Assembly (NCBI RefSeq): GCF_006345805.1
Contig: NC_043011.1
Location: 28,284,464 to 28,348,463, forward strand
Length of the DNA: 64,000 nucleotides
Reading direction: 5' to 3'
Source of the DNA: Octopus sinensis
Lineage: Eukaryota
The stretch's first letter is position 1. Every line of letters starts with the position of its first letter. Shown here piece after piece: positions 13,016-25,911 of this stretch. Below the pieces are notes generated by a model that made no database searches, had not been told where the DNA came from, and saw only the letters and a list, made by a program, of their open reading frames with translations. Both the position numbers and the translations under genes were made by a program.

Positions 13016-13703
13016 AGTTTTATATAGAAAATTATTTTAAACTGAAAATGCACACCTTGAAGAACAATATCTTTAAGAAGAGCCTGTTAGACGCACAATA
13101 TCTAGGACGAGAATTAGGTATTTAAATTTTATATGCTCAGATGTAAACTAATTTTGATGGGTATAAAGATGTGTTTTAGGGCTCTGAAAACCGTAAAAAT
13201 GTTTCTTGCAATTAAAATGGCTGGATAAACATCGAGTGTAAAATACAATGCCTTGAAAAGTGTATGGTGCTAGAAGACATGCCACAGTACGGTTGTAATC
13301 CTACAGGACAATTGGAAAATATTTTTTTCTGCTCGCAATATATCAAAGACAATAAAGCTGTAAAGTGTTGCCATGCTTGAATATGTGAAATGTTTTTGCC
13401 GATCTGGGGCCATGGATATAACAAGTAGGCGTAATGAAGAAAATCGTGTTGATTAAGTTATCTCCATGCTTGACAGTTCCAATTACATGTAATTATGGAT
13501 CAAAGGGTAGTTCAGCTTCACATTAGAGAGGGTACCATTAAATTAAGATGACGAGCCGAGTTCAATGTGATAGGGTTAAGAGATATTTACAGTTATTCAG
13601 AGTTTTATGAAAGAATTATCACAACGTAAATCAATTGAAATTCATGACAAAATAATAGAAAATATATTTAATTATTTACTTACTGTCTTTTACTTCTATT
13701 TCT

Positions 13704-14095
13704 TTTACTTGTTTCAGTCATTTGACCGTGGCCATGCTGGAGCACCGCGTTTAGTCGAGCAAATCGATTCCAGAACTTATTCTTTGTAAGCTTAGTACTT
13801 ATTCCATCGGTCTCTCTTGCCGAACCGCTAGGTGAGGAGGACGTAAACACACCAGCATCGGTTGTCAAGCGATGTTGGGGGGGGGGGCACAGACAAGCAA
13901 ACACATACATACGCACATATATATATATACGACGAGCTTCTTTCGGTTTTCGTCTACCAAATCCACTTACAAGACTTTGGTCGGCCCGTGACTATAGCAG
14001 AAGACACTTGCCCAAGGTGCCACGCAGTGGGACTGAACCCGGAACCATGTGGTTGGTAAGTAAGCTACTTACCACACACAGCCACTCCTGCGCCT
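13704..14095 (-). mobile_element. SINE family A
   Basis: Full-length reverse copy of the 1918 element. Confidence 0.9.
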
Positions 14096-14829
14096 GTTAA
14101 TTTTTCAATAACCGATGCGAAAATAACATCTTAAAAACAAAATAAACACATTCAATAGAAATCTGCATATTTTACATTCCACATAAATAAGTCACAAGCC
14201 GTCTGAGGATTACACTGCAGGCCAATGAATTGAAGAGTTCATTGTTCTTATACATCGAAATCTAAATACATATCCTGATGTAGTTCACTTTTGCATAGAG
14301 ACAGTGTAGTTTGAAAATGTTTTCTTTTCTTGAACAGGCAATTCTAGATTTTAATATGAGAACTGATAATGCATAAAGCTAATAAAATGCCCACAATGAG
14401 AAAACACTTTAAACATTCAAGCAGAATGCAACGTCCTTCAGGACAGTAACATATCGAAATAAAATGAAATTAAAATATATTGTATTCATAAATGCCATAT
14501 TTGCGTTGATATCATCAAATTGTCCACGCGCTTTAGGCTACAACATGCACTAAGATTTATTGATGAAAACAATTCTCTGCGAAAACGTTTTTCTATACGA
14601 AGACGCTTCAGTAATATGCGATATTGTGAATCGTTTTTTTCTGTTGTGTGCGTAAAAATTAAGCAGTGAAAATTTACTCTAATATTTTTACAGTAAAGCT
14701 GTTCTATAGAAAAAAATTGTTATATGAAAATGTATTTTCATACCTTTATTTTTGATAAATACAAATGTATAATAAAAATATATACCAGCAGTGTTAAAAA
14801 ATATACCTTGTTATTTTCCTCAAAATGTA

Positions 14830-15080
14830 TAGGGTTGGTGCATAATTGCGGTTTTTTTTCAACAAATTTTATTCAACAAAAACAATAATAACATGTAACA
14901 AAAACATCTTTAAATGATTATTCCGGAGCATATTCACCATCTACTTCAATTACTGCTTCCCATTTGCTTGGCTGACGGTCAGATTGTCATTTACTGATGT
15001 TTTTGTTGAATTTTGTAATTGTTTTTGTTGAATAAAATTTGGTTGAAAAAAAGCCACAATAATTATGCACCAACCAATTA
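14830..15080. mobile_element. Mariner-type MITE (~250 bp)
   Basis: TIRs GGGTTGGTGCATAATT / AATTATGCACCAACC with TA flanks. Confidence 0.65.
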
Positions 15081-16007
15081 TATATGTATAAATTTTTAGC
15101 ACATTTTCAACACGTTGTTCTTCTATACACAATACATACATACATGCATATAGATATATGTGTGTATATGTGTATACATATATAAATATATCTCTGTATA
15201 TATATTCATGTATTTATGTATATATATCTATACATCTATATGCAAAGATTTACGCACATACGTTCGCACACACGCGTGCAAATACACACACACACGCTCA
15301 CACACGGACCGACATACAAACACACGCACATGCACACATGTGTGGACAGGTTTATAAATATATATTTAAAATATTTTAATTGCAATTTACTTAAATTTCT
15401 TTGAGAAAATATACAAAACATAACTAAGGAAAGACACGAAGATATATATATATATTTGTGTATAACGAATTTGACTATCTTGACTACTTGGGGTAAGTCA
15501 AAGTTTTCTAGCGCAGAAAATGTGCTAGAAGGCCGTAGACACTGGCCTTTTACATCTTCCATAAGATCATGAATATTTGCTTTTAACAATGCTTTTGGAT
15601 TTTTTTTTAACTTTAGATTAGTTTTTTTTAAATATTGTTATTGCCTTGAAAGCTTTTTCCGATACATACATACTAGTATGTATTACTAGCGACGGTGGCA
15701 ATATTAGTACCAAAAGGTATTAAAATGTATGTAGTGTATATACATATATATGTGTGTATAAATATATATATTATATATATATATATATATGCATATAAAT
15801 ATATATATACATAGATGTTCACACACGCGCGCGCATATATATATATATATACATTTTTTTCTAGTTCCAACTCAGAGCTGCAGCCATGCTGATGCACCGC
15901 CGTTTTGTGCTACACTATTATTACGACGAACCTCGTCTAATATGTGGCACTTGGTGAAGAATGGAGTTTGAATGGAGTTTGAAGAATGGATATATACATA
16001 TATACAT

Positions 16008-16061
<54 letters not shown>

Positions 16062-16066
<5 letters not shown>

Positions 16067-17308
16067 CATTGATGTATACTTACATATAAGGAAAATAAGA
16101 CAAGGTAGAAAATGCTAAAATAATTTTATCATGAAGTACATTTTAGTACCGGTTTCCGCCATTTTAGACTGTTTTCAACTAAGAGGAAAACAATTAAATT
16201 AGAAAAAAAATATTAAGTGAAATGTTTTGTAGATATGGCAATAGTCTGTAAATAGGTAAATATTTCCATAGTCTACAGATTGTCTGTCCCTCTCTTTATT
16301 CTTTTGTAACTGCTAGTGCGTAGGTAGGTAGGTAGGTAGGTAGGTAGGTAGGTAAGTAGGTAGGATTGTAGGTAGGTAGGTAGGTAGGTAGGTAAGTATG
16401 TAGCTAGTAGTAAATTTGAAAGTATAGTTTGTATCTGTGTCCAGCTAAGCTACTTTTCGTATATATTTGCTTTGTTGTTGTTTTGGATCATCTTTCAAAA
16501 GGAGAACTTTCTATCCCTGAGTGACCAGTTTCATTGTGGTGCCATGTGGTGCTTCATTTGGTATGTTGCTAGTGTATTAATCCCATATGCTTCCTCGTTC
16601 GGATGTCCTTGGTTCGCATTGTTTGAGACGAGTGTTCTGATATATATACATACATATATACCTATAACTATATATGCATATATATATATATATATATAAT
16701 ATATATATATACATACATTGATGTATACTTACATATAAGGAAAATAAGACAAGGTAGAAAATGCTAAAATAATTTTATCATGAAGTACATTTTAGTACCG
16801 GTTTCCGCCATTTTAGACTGTTTTCAACTAAGAGGAAAACAATTAAATTAGAAAAAAAATATTAAGTGAAATGTTTTGTAGATATGGCAATAGTCTGTAA
16901 ATAGGTAAATATTTCCATAGTCTACAGATTGTCTGTCCCTCTCTTTATTCTTTTGTAACTGCCTAGTGCGTAGGTAGGTAGGTAGGTAAGTAGGTAGGAT
17001 TGTAGGTAGGTAGGTAGGTAGGTAGGTAAGTATGTAGCTAGTAGTAAATTTGAAAGTATAGTTTGTATCTGTGTCCAGCTAAGCTACTTTTCGTATATAT
17101 TTGCTTTGTTGTTGTTTTGGATCATCTTTCAAAAGGAGAACTTTCTATCCCTGAGTGACCAGTTTCATTGTGGTGCCATGTGGTGCTTCATTTGGTATGT
17201 TGCTAGTGTATTAATCCCATATGCTTCCTCGTTCGGATGTCCTTGGTTCGCATTGTTTGAGACGAGTGTTCTGATATATATACATACATATATACCTATA
17301 ACTATATA

Positions 17309-17314
<6 letters not shown>
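16062..17314 (-). mobile_element. Tandem duplication (two ~610-bp copies) of a pLTR-like unit containing (TAGG)n
   Basis: 16062-16680 and 16711-17314 are near-identical apart from TAGG copy number; each holds a decayed HHR. Confidence 0.85.
16143..16182 (-). ncRNA. Decayed minimal hammerhead (second copy 16792-16831)
   Basis: TTAG-TTGAAAA-cagtctaaaatggcg-GAA-ACCGGT-A-CTAA: stem I and palindromic stem III intact; core deviates from CUGANGA at two positions. Confidence 0.5.
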
Positions 17315-17352
<38 letters not shown>

Positions 17353-17761
17353 AATATCCTTTTAAATATTGTGACTGTATCGCATCAAAAAAAATGGAAG
17401 CGAAACAATGCCTACCAACAAAACCACTTCTAATTTACTTTTACTTTTATATTTATGAATATCGCCTCGTAAATTTTAAAGTTATTTTCCCATTAATATA
17501 GAATGATTTTGTCTTGCATAAATCAATTTCGTGAAGCAGTGGCGATTTTAGACTGAATACGGTCTATTTCTAGGCACGCATTTACTATTGACCTCGCTAA
17601 CAAAGCCATAAATATCACTCCTTCAATCTGACGGTTTTCATCAAATATAGGGTTTGACCTTTTGCTGTGCATTTTCAAAAGAGACTACTGTATGATGATA
17701 AATAATACATCATGTCAAACCTATACTGAGCTCTTGAGAATCAATAGACATTTTGTCAACG

Positions 17762-18030
17762 GGAGGAGGAGGAGGAGGAGGAGGATGGGAGGGTGATGAT
17801 GATGGCGATGTCAACGACGACGACGGTGCCGGTGGGGGGGTTATATTGATGGTGATGATGGTAGTTGTGGTGGAAGCGGAGGAGAGGAGGCAGAGGAGAG
17901 GAGAGAAGGTGGAGGGGGACAATAAGAATTAGTTGTGATATGTCCGTCAACGTTACTGCCATTGTTGCTACTGATGCCGTCGCTTCCATTGTCCTTCAAA
18001 TTCATCACAGACATCACTACAAACATCATC
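17762..18030. repeat. Cryptic (GGA)/(GAT)/(GAC)/(CAT) trinucleotide low-complexity tract
   Basis: Direct reading. Confidence 0.85.
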
Positions 18031-18129
18031 ATTATTGTCAAAGAGACAAATTCGAATCTATATTTGAAATTTACTTATCATGTAGCTAGATATACATACA
18101 TATTTTGTGTATATTTCTCTGTACTTATG

Positions 18130-18310
18130 CCTCTGTGTATGTGTGTGTGTGTGTATGAGTGTGTATGTGTGCGTGTGTGTGTATGCGTGTGTGTGTGTGC
18201 GTGTGTGTGTGCGTGGTGTGTGTGTGTGTGTGCGTGTGTGCGTGCGTGTGTGTGTGTATGTGTGTGTGTGTGCGTGTGTGTGTGCGTGTGTGTGTATGTG
18301 TGTGTGTATG

Positions 18311-18354
<44 letters not shown>

Positions 18355-18372
18355 GTGTGTGTGTGTGTGTAT
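18130..18372. repeat. (TG)n/(TGCG)n microsatellite
   Basis: Direct reading. Confidence 0.95.
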
Positions 18373-18944
18373 GTGCCTCCACATATATTTCATTTCTAAA
18401 ACTTTTGCATTAGATGAAAGAAGTGTTGTTTGAAAATCAATCCTGACCTTTTTAATGTCACATCACTCTTGTGTGATGGGTATATCTCAGAGGAAAGATC
18501 GATTTAGAAGTGAAGATCAAATGAGGGAGGAAGAACGAATGAATCTATTGTTAAAAGATATATTTCAATAGATTTTCATTTTATTATTTACACAACTTTT
18601 GTTATTGTAAATCTGTGAAGGCCGTTCCAGTGGACCCGTTTTCAAAAACTTCACTTTAGGTTTCTCTCGCTTACCAGTTAAATATATCCTGGATGAATCG
18701 CTTTTGGTTTGCATTCACGGGTCAACACTAAATTTTCACAATAAAAAGCCCTGTGTATTTATATGTATGTAAATCTCTATATATGTGTGTATGTGTGTGT
18801 GTGTATGTGTGAGTGTGTGTGTGTGACTGTATGTCTGTGTATGTATAAAGAAAAGAAGGAAAGAGACCAAAGTAACTAAAATGGTTTCCTTAGCATTTTC
18901 TTCTCTGGTATCAGTTGTAAGCAACTTTATGATATATATACATA

Positions 18945-19560
18945 AGCGTAGGTATGGCTGCTTAGTAAGAAACTTGCTTCCCAACCACATGGTTCCGGAT
19001 TCAGTCTCACTACCTGATGCATTTGACAAGTGTCCTCTATAGCTTTGGGCTGATCAAAGCCTTGTGGGTGGATTTGGTAGACGGAAACTGAAAGAAGCCT
19101 ATCATATACATATATATATACACAATTGCAGCGTGGAAGGTGTTTGTAAGCCATTTAAGAAACACACAAAAGCCGTTCGAAGTTTTTGAAATCGAACGGC
19201 TTTTGTGTGTTTCTTAAATGGCTTACAAACACCTTCCGCGCTGCAATTGTTTTCGATTCAGCACACGATCTCAGATCAAATCACTTGCTATGCGAGTACA
19301 TCTCCGTAAAATATATATATATATAATATATATATATACATATGTGTGTGTGTTTGTGTGTCTATGTTTGTGCCCTACCATGGCTTTGCAAGCAGAATTG
19401 GTGTGTTTACGTCTCCGTAACTTAGCCGTTCGGCAAAAGAGCCCGATGGAATAAGTACCAAACTTTAAAAAATAAGTCCTGTGATCAATTGATTTAACTA
19501 AAACTTTTTCAAGGCAGTGTCCTATCATGACTGCAGTCCAGTGACTGTAAAAAGTAAAAT
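18945..19560 (+). mobile_element. SINE family A, diverged, interrupted by a fold-back insertion
   Basis: Head 18945-19105 and tail 19340-19560 flank foreign sequence 19122-19310 inside the internal microsatellite. Confidence 0.8.
19122..19250. repeat. Inverted repeat, 59-bp arms and 11-nt loop
   Basis: 19122-19180 is the reverse complement of 19192-19250 with one mismatch. Confidence 0.9.
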
Positions 19561-19679
19561 ATAAAAATAAAAATACAAAATATAACACACACACACTCAC
19601 ATACTACCACCACCACTACCACCACACGTATATATGTATGGTACTGCAGGCAGAGAGGTTGGTGTATTTTTCAATAGTG

Positions 19680-19900
19680 TTCTATACATAGATATCCATG
19701 CGATTATGATCGAGCGAATTAGTTGGCCAGAAAGTAAGACGAGTGAAGTCGTAGAAATTCTCCGAGGAACAGCTCTGACATTTTAGGAAAATATGGCAAG
19801 AAGTTGTCCCCAGCCCTTGATTGATCACAGTTTCCAGCAACTTCCCATATTCGTCTGAGTAGAGCCTAAGGCCCTTTTCGACAATATGGGTTGAATTCCC
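19680..19900 (-). mobile_element. Tc1/mariner (maT/DD37D-like) transposase relic
   Basis: GLRLYSDEYGKLLETVI...SENFYDFTRLTFWPTNSLDHNRMDIYV* resembles the WPxNSPDxNPxDYxVW motif. Confidence 0.7.
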
Positions 19901-20297
19901 ATATACTTATTCATCATTTCTCGTATGTGTGTGCGTGCGCGCGTGCATATATACATATACGCTTATATATATATATATATATATATATATGAATATATTT
20001 ATGTATTTATAAATACAGATGTGTGTGTATGAATATATCTATGTCTGCATGTATATATGTGTAAACACATTAAACGCGCTTGCACACATATACATAAACA
20101 CACTTACACACACACACACACACACATATATATATGTATAAGTAATAATAATCAGGAGAACGGAGATTTTATATAATTTTATAATTCAATGATTTACATC
20201 ATTCATTCATGGACCTACGCTGTGGTTAGCCGATTTAAAAGGAAACACGGCAACTGCTAGGATTACATATCATTCTATATATATATATATATATACA

Positions 20298-20459
20298 TTA
20301 TTTAAAGCAGCAGAAAATTCAACAAAATCTGTTACTCTGAGTTTCTCGTTGCCGTTCATCAGACAGTTTTTGTTAGAATTCTAACAAAAACTGTCTGATG
20401 AACGCCAACGAGAAACTCAGAGTAACAGATTTTGTTGAATTTTCTGCTGCTTTAAATAA
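20298..20459. repeat. 162-bp near-perfect palindrome with an HHR-like motif in each arm
   Basis: 81-bp arms, no spacer (centre GAATTC), one mismatch; CTGT-CTGATGA-acgccaacga-GAA-ACTCAGAGT-A-ACAG at 20391-20428 (+), mirror at 20329-20366 (-). Confidence 0.9.
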
Positions 20460-20540
20460 AGCATATTACTCTACCACTGGTATTTCAGTACTCTTTTTTT
20501 CCATCTTGTTTCACATTTATGTGTTTACTCCGGTATATAC

Positions 20541-20571
<31 letters not shown>

Positions 20572-20810
20572 CATATATGAGTACAGGACGTCACCAACAG
20601 TAAATAACATGAAATACGAAAACAAATAAGTTAAATACATAAACCACAAGAGGAAAAAATAGGACAAGTAACACAAAGTCGACCCGTCATCAGTCGTCTG
20701 CTGTCTGTCTACTCGTCATTTCAAAAAATGAACGACAATATACGTCTCCGAAGACAGTAACTCCCATAAGTACAAAAATAAAATCTTGGATTATATATAT
20801 ATATATATAT

Positions 20811-21344
20811 AACAATGATAAATCTCAGAGCGAGTTATAAACAGTAGCGGTAACACATCGTGACGCATATTTGCCATTTGAATATGGCTAACCCCTAAGG
20901 GTGGATGCTACTGTAGTTTGTAGCCCCAGGAAGATATCTCCTCCAGCTGGCTATAGACACACTATCTGTGTCCTCTCAGTATTTGTGAAGGGGAGTCATC
21001 CTCCCCGTCTTCAACTCATGATACACACGGACCCGAGTTTCAAGGTGTTTACCTTTCATCAGCGTGTGACAATCATGGTTGTCGACGAGAAGTCAGCTCC
21101 CTTCACAAATACATATACTTTTTCCAGTGTCGATTGACACTGATATTGAAAAAGTGAAATCAAACAATGATAAATCTCAGAGCGAGTTATAAACAGTAGC
21201 GGTAACACATCGTGACGCATATTTGCCATTTGAATATGGCTAACCGCTAAGGGTGGATGCTACTGTAGTTTGTAGCCCCAGGAAGATATCTCCTCCAGCT
21301 GGCTAGAGACACACTATCTGTGTCCTCTCAGTTTTTGTGAAGGA
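20811..21344 (-). mobile_element. 1.5 copies of a 352-bp pLTR/retrozyme-like unit
   Basis: ~182-bp direct repeats at 20811-20992 and 21163-21344; HHR in the intervening unique part. Confidence 0.8.
21024..21068 (-). ncRNA. Intact minimal type I hammerhead ribozyme (45 nt)
   Basis: CACACG-CTGATGA-AAGGT-aaac-ACCTT-GAA-ACTCGGGT-C-CGTGTG: 6-bp stem I, 5-bp stem II, near-palindromic stem III, GUC triplet. Confidence 0.85.
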
Positions 21345-21800
21345 GTATTTATATATATATAAATAAGCAAAAAGGATATATATAAATAAGCAAAAAGGAT
21401 ATCCAGAGATAAATTAAGCTCCAATCATATACTGTGATCGATAGAATCGACTATACCATACCCACTAAAACGAAAAATTAAAATGCCGGTGTCAAAAATC
21501 CGCTATGGTTCTTTGACACACAAATAAAGAAGGATGTCTTTTAATCTCAGCAAAATTCCCATCACAATTTCGCCTATAAGTACTGAAAGTCTACATCTGT
21601 ATTCTGAAGCCGATTCTTTCGAAATACTGGACGATATAAAGATATATCAGCATTGGAGAATTAATGACGATAATCCTGATCGTTATTATCAACGTCATCA
21701 ACAACACTATCGTTATCGTCGCCGCCGCTGTTTTCGTAATGCTGAAGATGGACGACGGTGACGCAATGATATTCATCGCGTGGTTCAGCAGGAGAAACTA

Positions 21801-22369
21801 TTGGGTTGTCCGGAAAGTTCGTGCCGATTTTTAAAGGAAAGAAAAAGGTCAATAAATACTTGCCATTACAATTTTAATAACCAAATATGAACCATTTTGT
21901 TGCACAATGCGTCTCTATCTTTCCTTTAACTTGAAAATACCCTCTTCCCAGAATTGAGGTAGTTTCATGGCAAATAATTCATTAAGGTATCTTTTTACGT
22001 CATCCAAGGAATTGAAATTTTTACCATTAAGACTATTCTGCAGAGACCTGAATAAGTGGAAATCCGAAGGAGCAATATCTGGTGAATATGGAAGGTGGGG
22101 TAACACATCCCAGCGGAGCCGCAGCAATTTTTGTCTGGCTCCCGAAGCATCAAGTGCCGAAAAGGAAATTTCTTATCTTCCATTTTAAAGAGTTACAGAA
22201 TTAACACAGGTTATAGGAACATAAACCTTCTTGCACGAAAAGATAGCTTTAACAGTGCTCTAAACGGAGGTGTAGTCAAATCCTATTTTATGGACTCAAC
22301 CACGTTCTAAATAAAATAAGTCGAAAGGTAATCTACTATAAATCGGCACGAACCTTCCGGACAACCCAA
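21801..22369 (-). mobile_element. Internally deleted mariner element (569 bp)
   Basis: TIRs TTGGGTTGTCCGGAAAGTTCGTGCCGATTT / AAATCGGCACGAACCTTCCGGACAACCCAA, TA TSD; retains transposase C-terminus PYSPDIAPSDFHLFRSLQNSL. Confidence 0.92.
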
Positions 22370-24170
22370 TAGTTCCTCGTATTCGATCTTTTTCAGACAC
22401 ACGCACAGACACTCACACTCACACACACACTCACACACACACACATACAAAGATATATATATATGTGTGTGTGTCTGCGTGTGTAACATTTTTCTTCTTT
22501 ATTGCATATATCTTTTGAAATGGCGGTGCCCCAGCATGGCCACAGCACGTGAGCTGAAACTAGATAAAAAAAATAAAATATGTGCGTGTATAAAAAAATA
22601 TATGTATATATTTATGTATATCTAAATGTATTCATACATGATACACACTCGCACACACATACACACACACACACTCACATATATATATATATATATATAT
22701 AAATATATATATATACGTATACATTCACATATATATATATGTATACACATATACATTCATATACAAGTACACACGCATATATATATGTGTGTGTGTACGC
22801 ATATATGTTGTTAGATACATAGCTATATATATATATATATATCCATATGTGTATACAGACATATCACTAAGCAATGCCTCTGTGCAGTCTTATATAATAC
22901 TTAGTTTAAACGAAAAAGTAAATGCAAAGAGCGAAGATATTTTAATCTAAATTTCTTACTTTCATATCGATTTATGTCTGTATCATTATTTTATAGACAG
23001 GTATACGTTTCTTTGTTTAGGCCCTTGCATATAAGGAAGCGAGTGTAAAAAAAAAAGACAGCCATAGCATTTGTACATCAGATTAATTCAAAGTTGCTGC
23101 ACCCAACCAGAATATATTCAGGTATACTATATTATTATTTTAACTTCGTTCTTTTCCAGATTTCTCTCGTTCAAATCCCGATAATCAATGCAACTTGTGT
23201 TTGTAGGAGATTTTAAGAAAGAACTGCTTATAGGAGTGATGTAGATCTTCAACATCAAATCATCTTAATCATAGGCAAATAGATTCGCGATAATGATGTT
23301 TTGTGAATCTGCGTCAATATTTCTTAGAAAGTGATTGGTTGACTCGAAGAGATCCGATAAAGAGGTTACGTCATATAAAATCTGCTCAACTTGTTACTCG
23401 GCAAAAATAGTACAAATTCGATGCTAAATACATGCGCACACATACCTTACATACATTCATATATATACACACACATATATATATATATACGCACACACTC
23501 ATACAAGTGTGCGTTTGTGTGTGTGCGCGTGCGTATAAGTATGTGTATGTGTGTGAGTGTGTGTGTTTGGATGAACTTTCTTGTTGATCTCCAAGCGTGA
23601 CGCTCCAACCGTTCAGTCAATATCCTAATGTTTATGTTTGTGTTGATCATTCAAATCGGCTCTAGGTTTACAAACAAAACCGCACTCATTAATCACAGCA
23701 CGATCGGATAAACCTGATGGTAAATAGGATTAAAATTGCTGCTTTTCGATGTGTTTTTGTCAATTTATCTTTACTGGAAGCCACAAAATCTATTATTACA
23801 TCATATCATTTTCTTCTATAAATTTCCACTACATGTCTCTTATTTTGTATGATATTATGGATATATTAAATTAGATAAATTCAATTTTCGTTCAATTTTT
23901 TATATCATAACAGACCTCTCTAAGCACAACGTGCTTTATCATGAAATTGATAATTTAGTAGATCCTGGGGTATATATCCTATCTTATCCAAATTTAACAG
24001 CCATCTCATCAAAATTAACACTAAATAAGTATATCTTCAGTATCTGACACGAAAAGATCAATATGAGAGACGCCATATCGAATATAAAGAATCCAAGTAT
24101 CGCATCAACAAACTAAAGCTCAAAGGACTCTATGTTAATACACATTTTAGCTTACTCTCTCTCTCTCTCT

Positions 24171-24575
24171 TTTACTCTTTTACTCTTTTACTTGTTTCAG
24201 TCATTTGACTGCGGCCATGCTGGAGCACCGCCTTTAGTCGAGCAAATCGACCCCTGGACTTATTCTTTGTAAGCCCAGTACTTATTCTATCGGTCTCTTT
24301 TGCCGAACCGCTAAGTGGTACGGGGACGTAAACACACCAGCATCGGTTGTCAAGCAATGCTAGGGGGACAAACACACACACATACACATATATATATATA
24401 TATACATATATACGACAGGCTTCTTTCAGTTTCCGTCTACCAAATCCACTCACAAGGCATTGGTCGGCCCGGGGCTATAGCAGAAGACACTTGCCCAAGA
24501 TGCCACGCAGTGGGACTGAAACCGGAACCATGTGGTTGGTTAGCAAGCTACTTACCACACAGCCACTCCTGCGCC
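24171..24575 (-). mobile_element. SINE family A
   Basis: Full-length reverse copy. Confidence 0.9.
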
Positions 24576-24929
24576 TCTTTAGACATAATGTTTCCAATTT
24601 ACGAAAGGAACCTATTTCATTGGACTACAGTTATGAATTCCAATTTCGCATTACTTTTCTAGTAACATAGAAAAATTGAATATTGCTTTTTAAATGAAAG
24701 ATTTCCATTTTATACGATTTGCTAGAAACTGCACGGTGGATCAGATATTCTTTTCTTTGATTAGAAATTGGCTCAGGGTATAAATTACTTTGTTTGTTTT
24801 TTTTTAACGGTGCCACAAGCTTTAAAAAGAGCATTCAACTATTGAGCTTCTTCAGTTACATTATCAGCAGGTAGATTATTAAGAATAACTTTCTTCCTAT
24901 TCAGTGATTTCGCCTTGATTCTCCGGTGA

Positions 24930-25272
24930 TTAAACGATCTTACGCTAGTACAGGGTTCCAATCTGAATCATTTACCATTGTCTTAAATGCATTACTGAGA
25001 AGTTATGACAACAAAAAGATATCCTTTCATAGTACCATTGCCGACTCCGAAAGAACTGAGATGATTTACAAAAAATACATGCAGCTCTCATATCCTCATG
25101 AACGGAAATGAAATCAATTAGCATGTTATCACTTACTCGATTTTCTTTACTACTTTCCGGTGAACACCTTGGTGTACCGAATCTAATGCCTTGGTAAGGT
25201 CCACAAAATACGGTCAATTGCTGATTTCTGTCACGTAATTTTTCTGCAATCTGCTTCAATGAATATATCATA
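24930..25272 (-). mobile_element. RTE-clade reverse transcriptase fragment
   Basis: MIYSLKQIAEKLRDRNQQL, then a frameshift, then FVDLTKALDSVH (RT motif FVDLTKAFD); cut by SINE B at 25273. Confidence 0.8.
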
Positions 25273-25511
25273 CCTATTTCTTTACTACTTCTCACAAGGG
25301 GCTAAACACAGAGGAGACAAACAAGGACAGACAAACGGATTAAGTCGATTATATCGACCCCAGTGCGTAACTGGTACTTAATTTATCGATCCCGAAAGGA
25401 TGAAAAGCAAAGTCGACGTCGGCGGAATTTGAACTCAGAACGTAACGGCAGACGAAATACGGCTAAGCATTTCGCCCGGCGTGCTAACGGTTCTGCCAGC
25501 TCGCCGCCTTA
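25273..25511 (-). mobile_element. SINE family B (with Deu/Nin-domain-like core)
   Basis: Head GGCGGCGAGCTGGCAGAA, B box GAGTTCAAATTC, central CTTTCATCCTTTCGGGATCGATAAATTAAGTACCAG. Confidence 0.88.
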
Positions 25512-25715
25512 ATGAGTGTATCATACCGTTCGTCACTCAACTCCACTTGAAGCCACATTGAGTGAGAGTCAGGGTAAGTATTTGCTTATACGAGATGAGT
25601 ATCTAGTCTGCTCAGGAAAAGACAAATTTTGACCAGCTATACAAAGATCGAAGAATGTCGCGACGATTACAATGTATTACTTAATTGCCTTTATTTTCAA
25701 AAAAGATGTAAAGAA

Positions 25716-25879
25716 AGGCGCAGGAGTGGCTGTGTGGTAAGTAGCTTGTTTACCAACCACATGGTTCCGGGTTCAGTCCCACTGTGTGGCACCTTGGGCA
25801 AGTGTCTTCTACTATAGCCTCGGGCCGACCAAAGCCTTGTGAGTGGATTTGGTAGACGGAAACTGAAAGAAGCCTGTCG

Positions 25880-25911
<32 letters not shown>

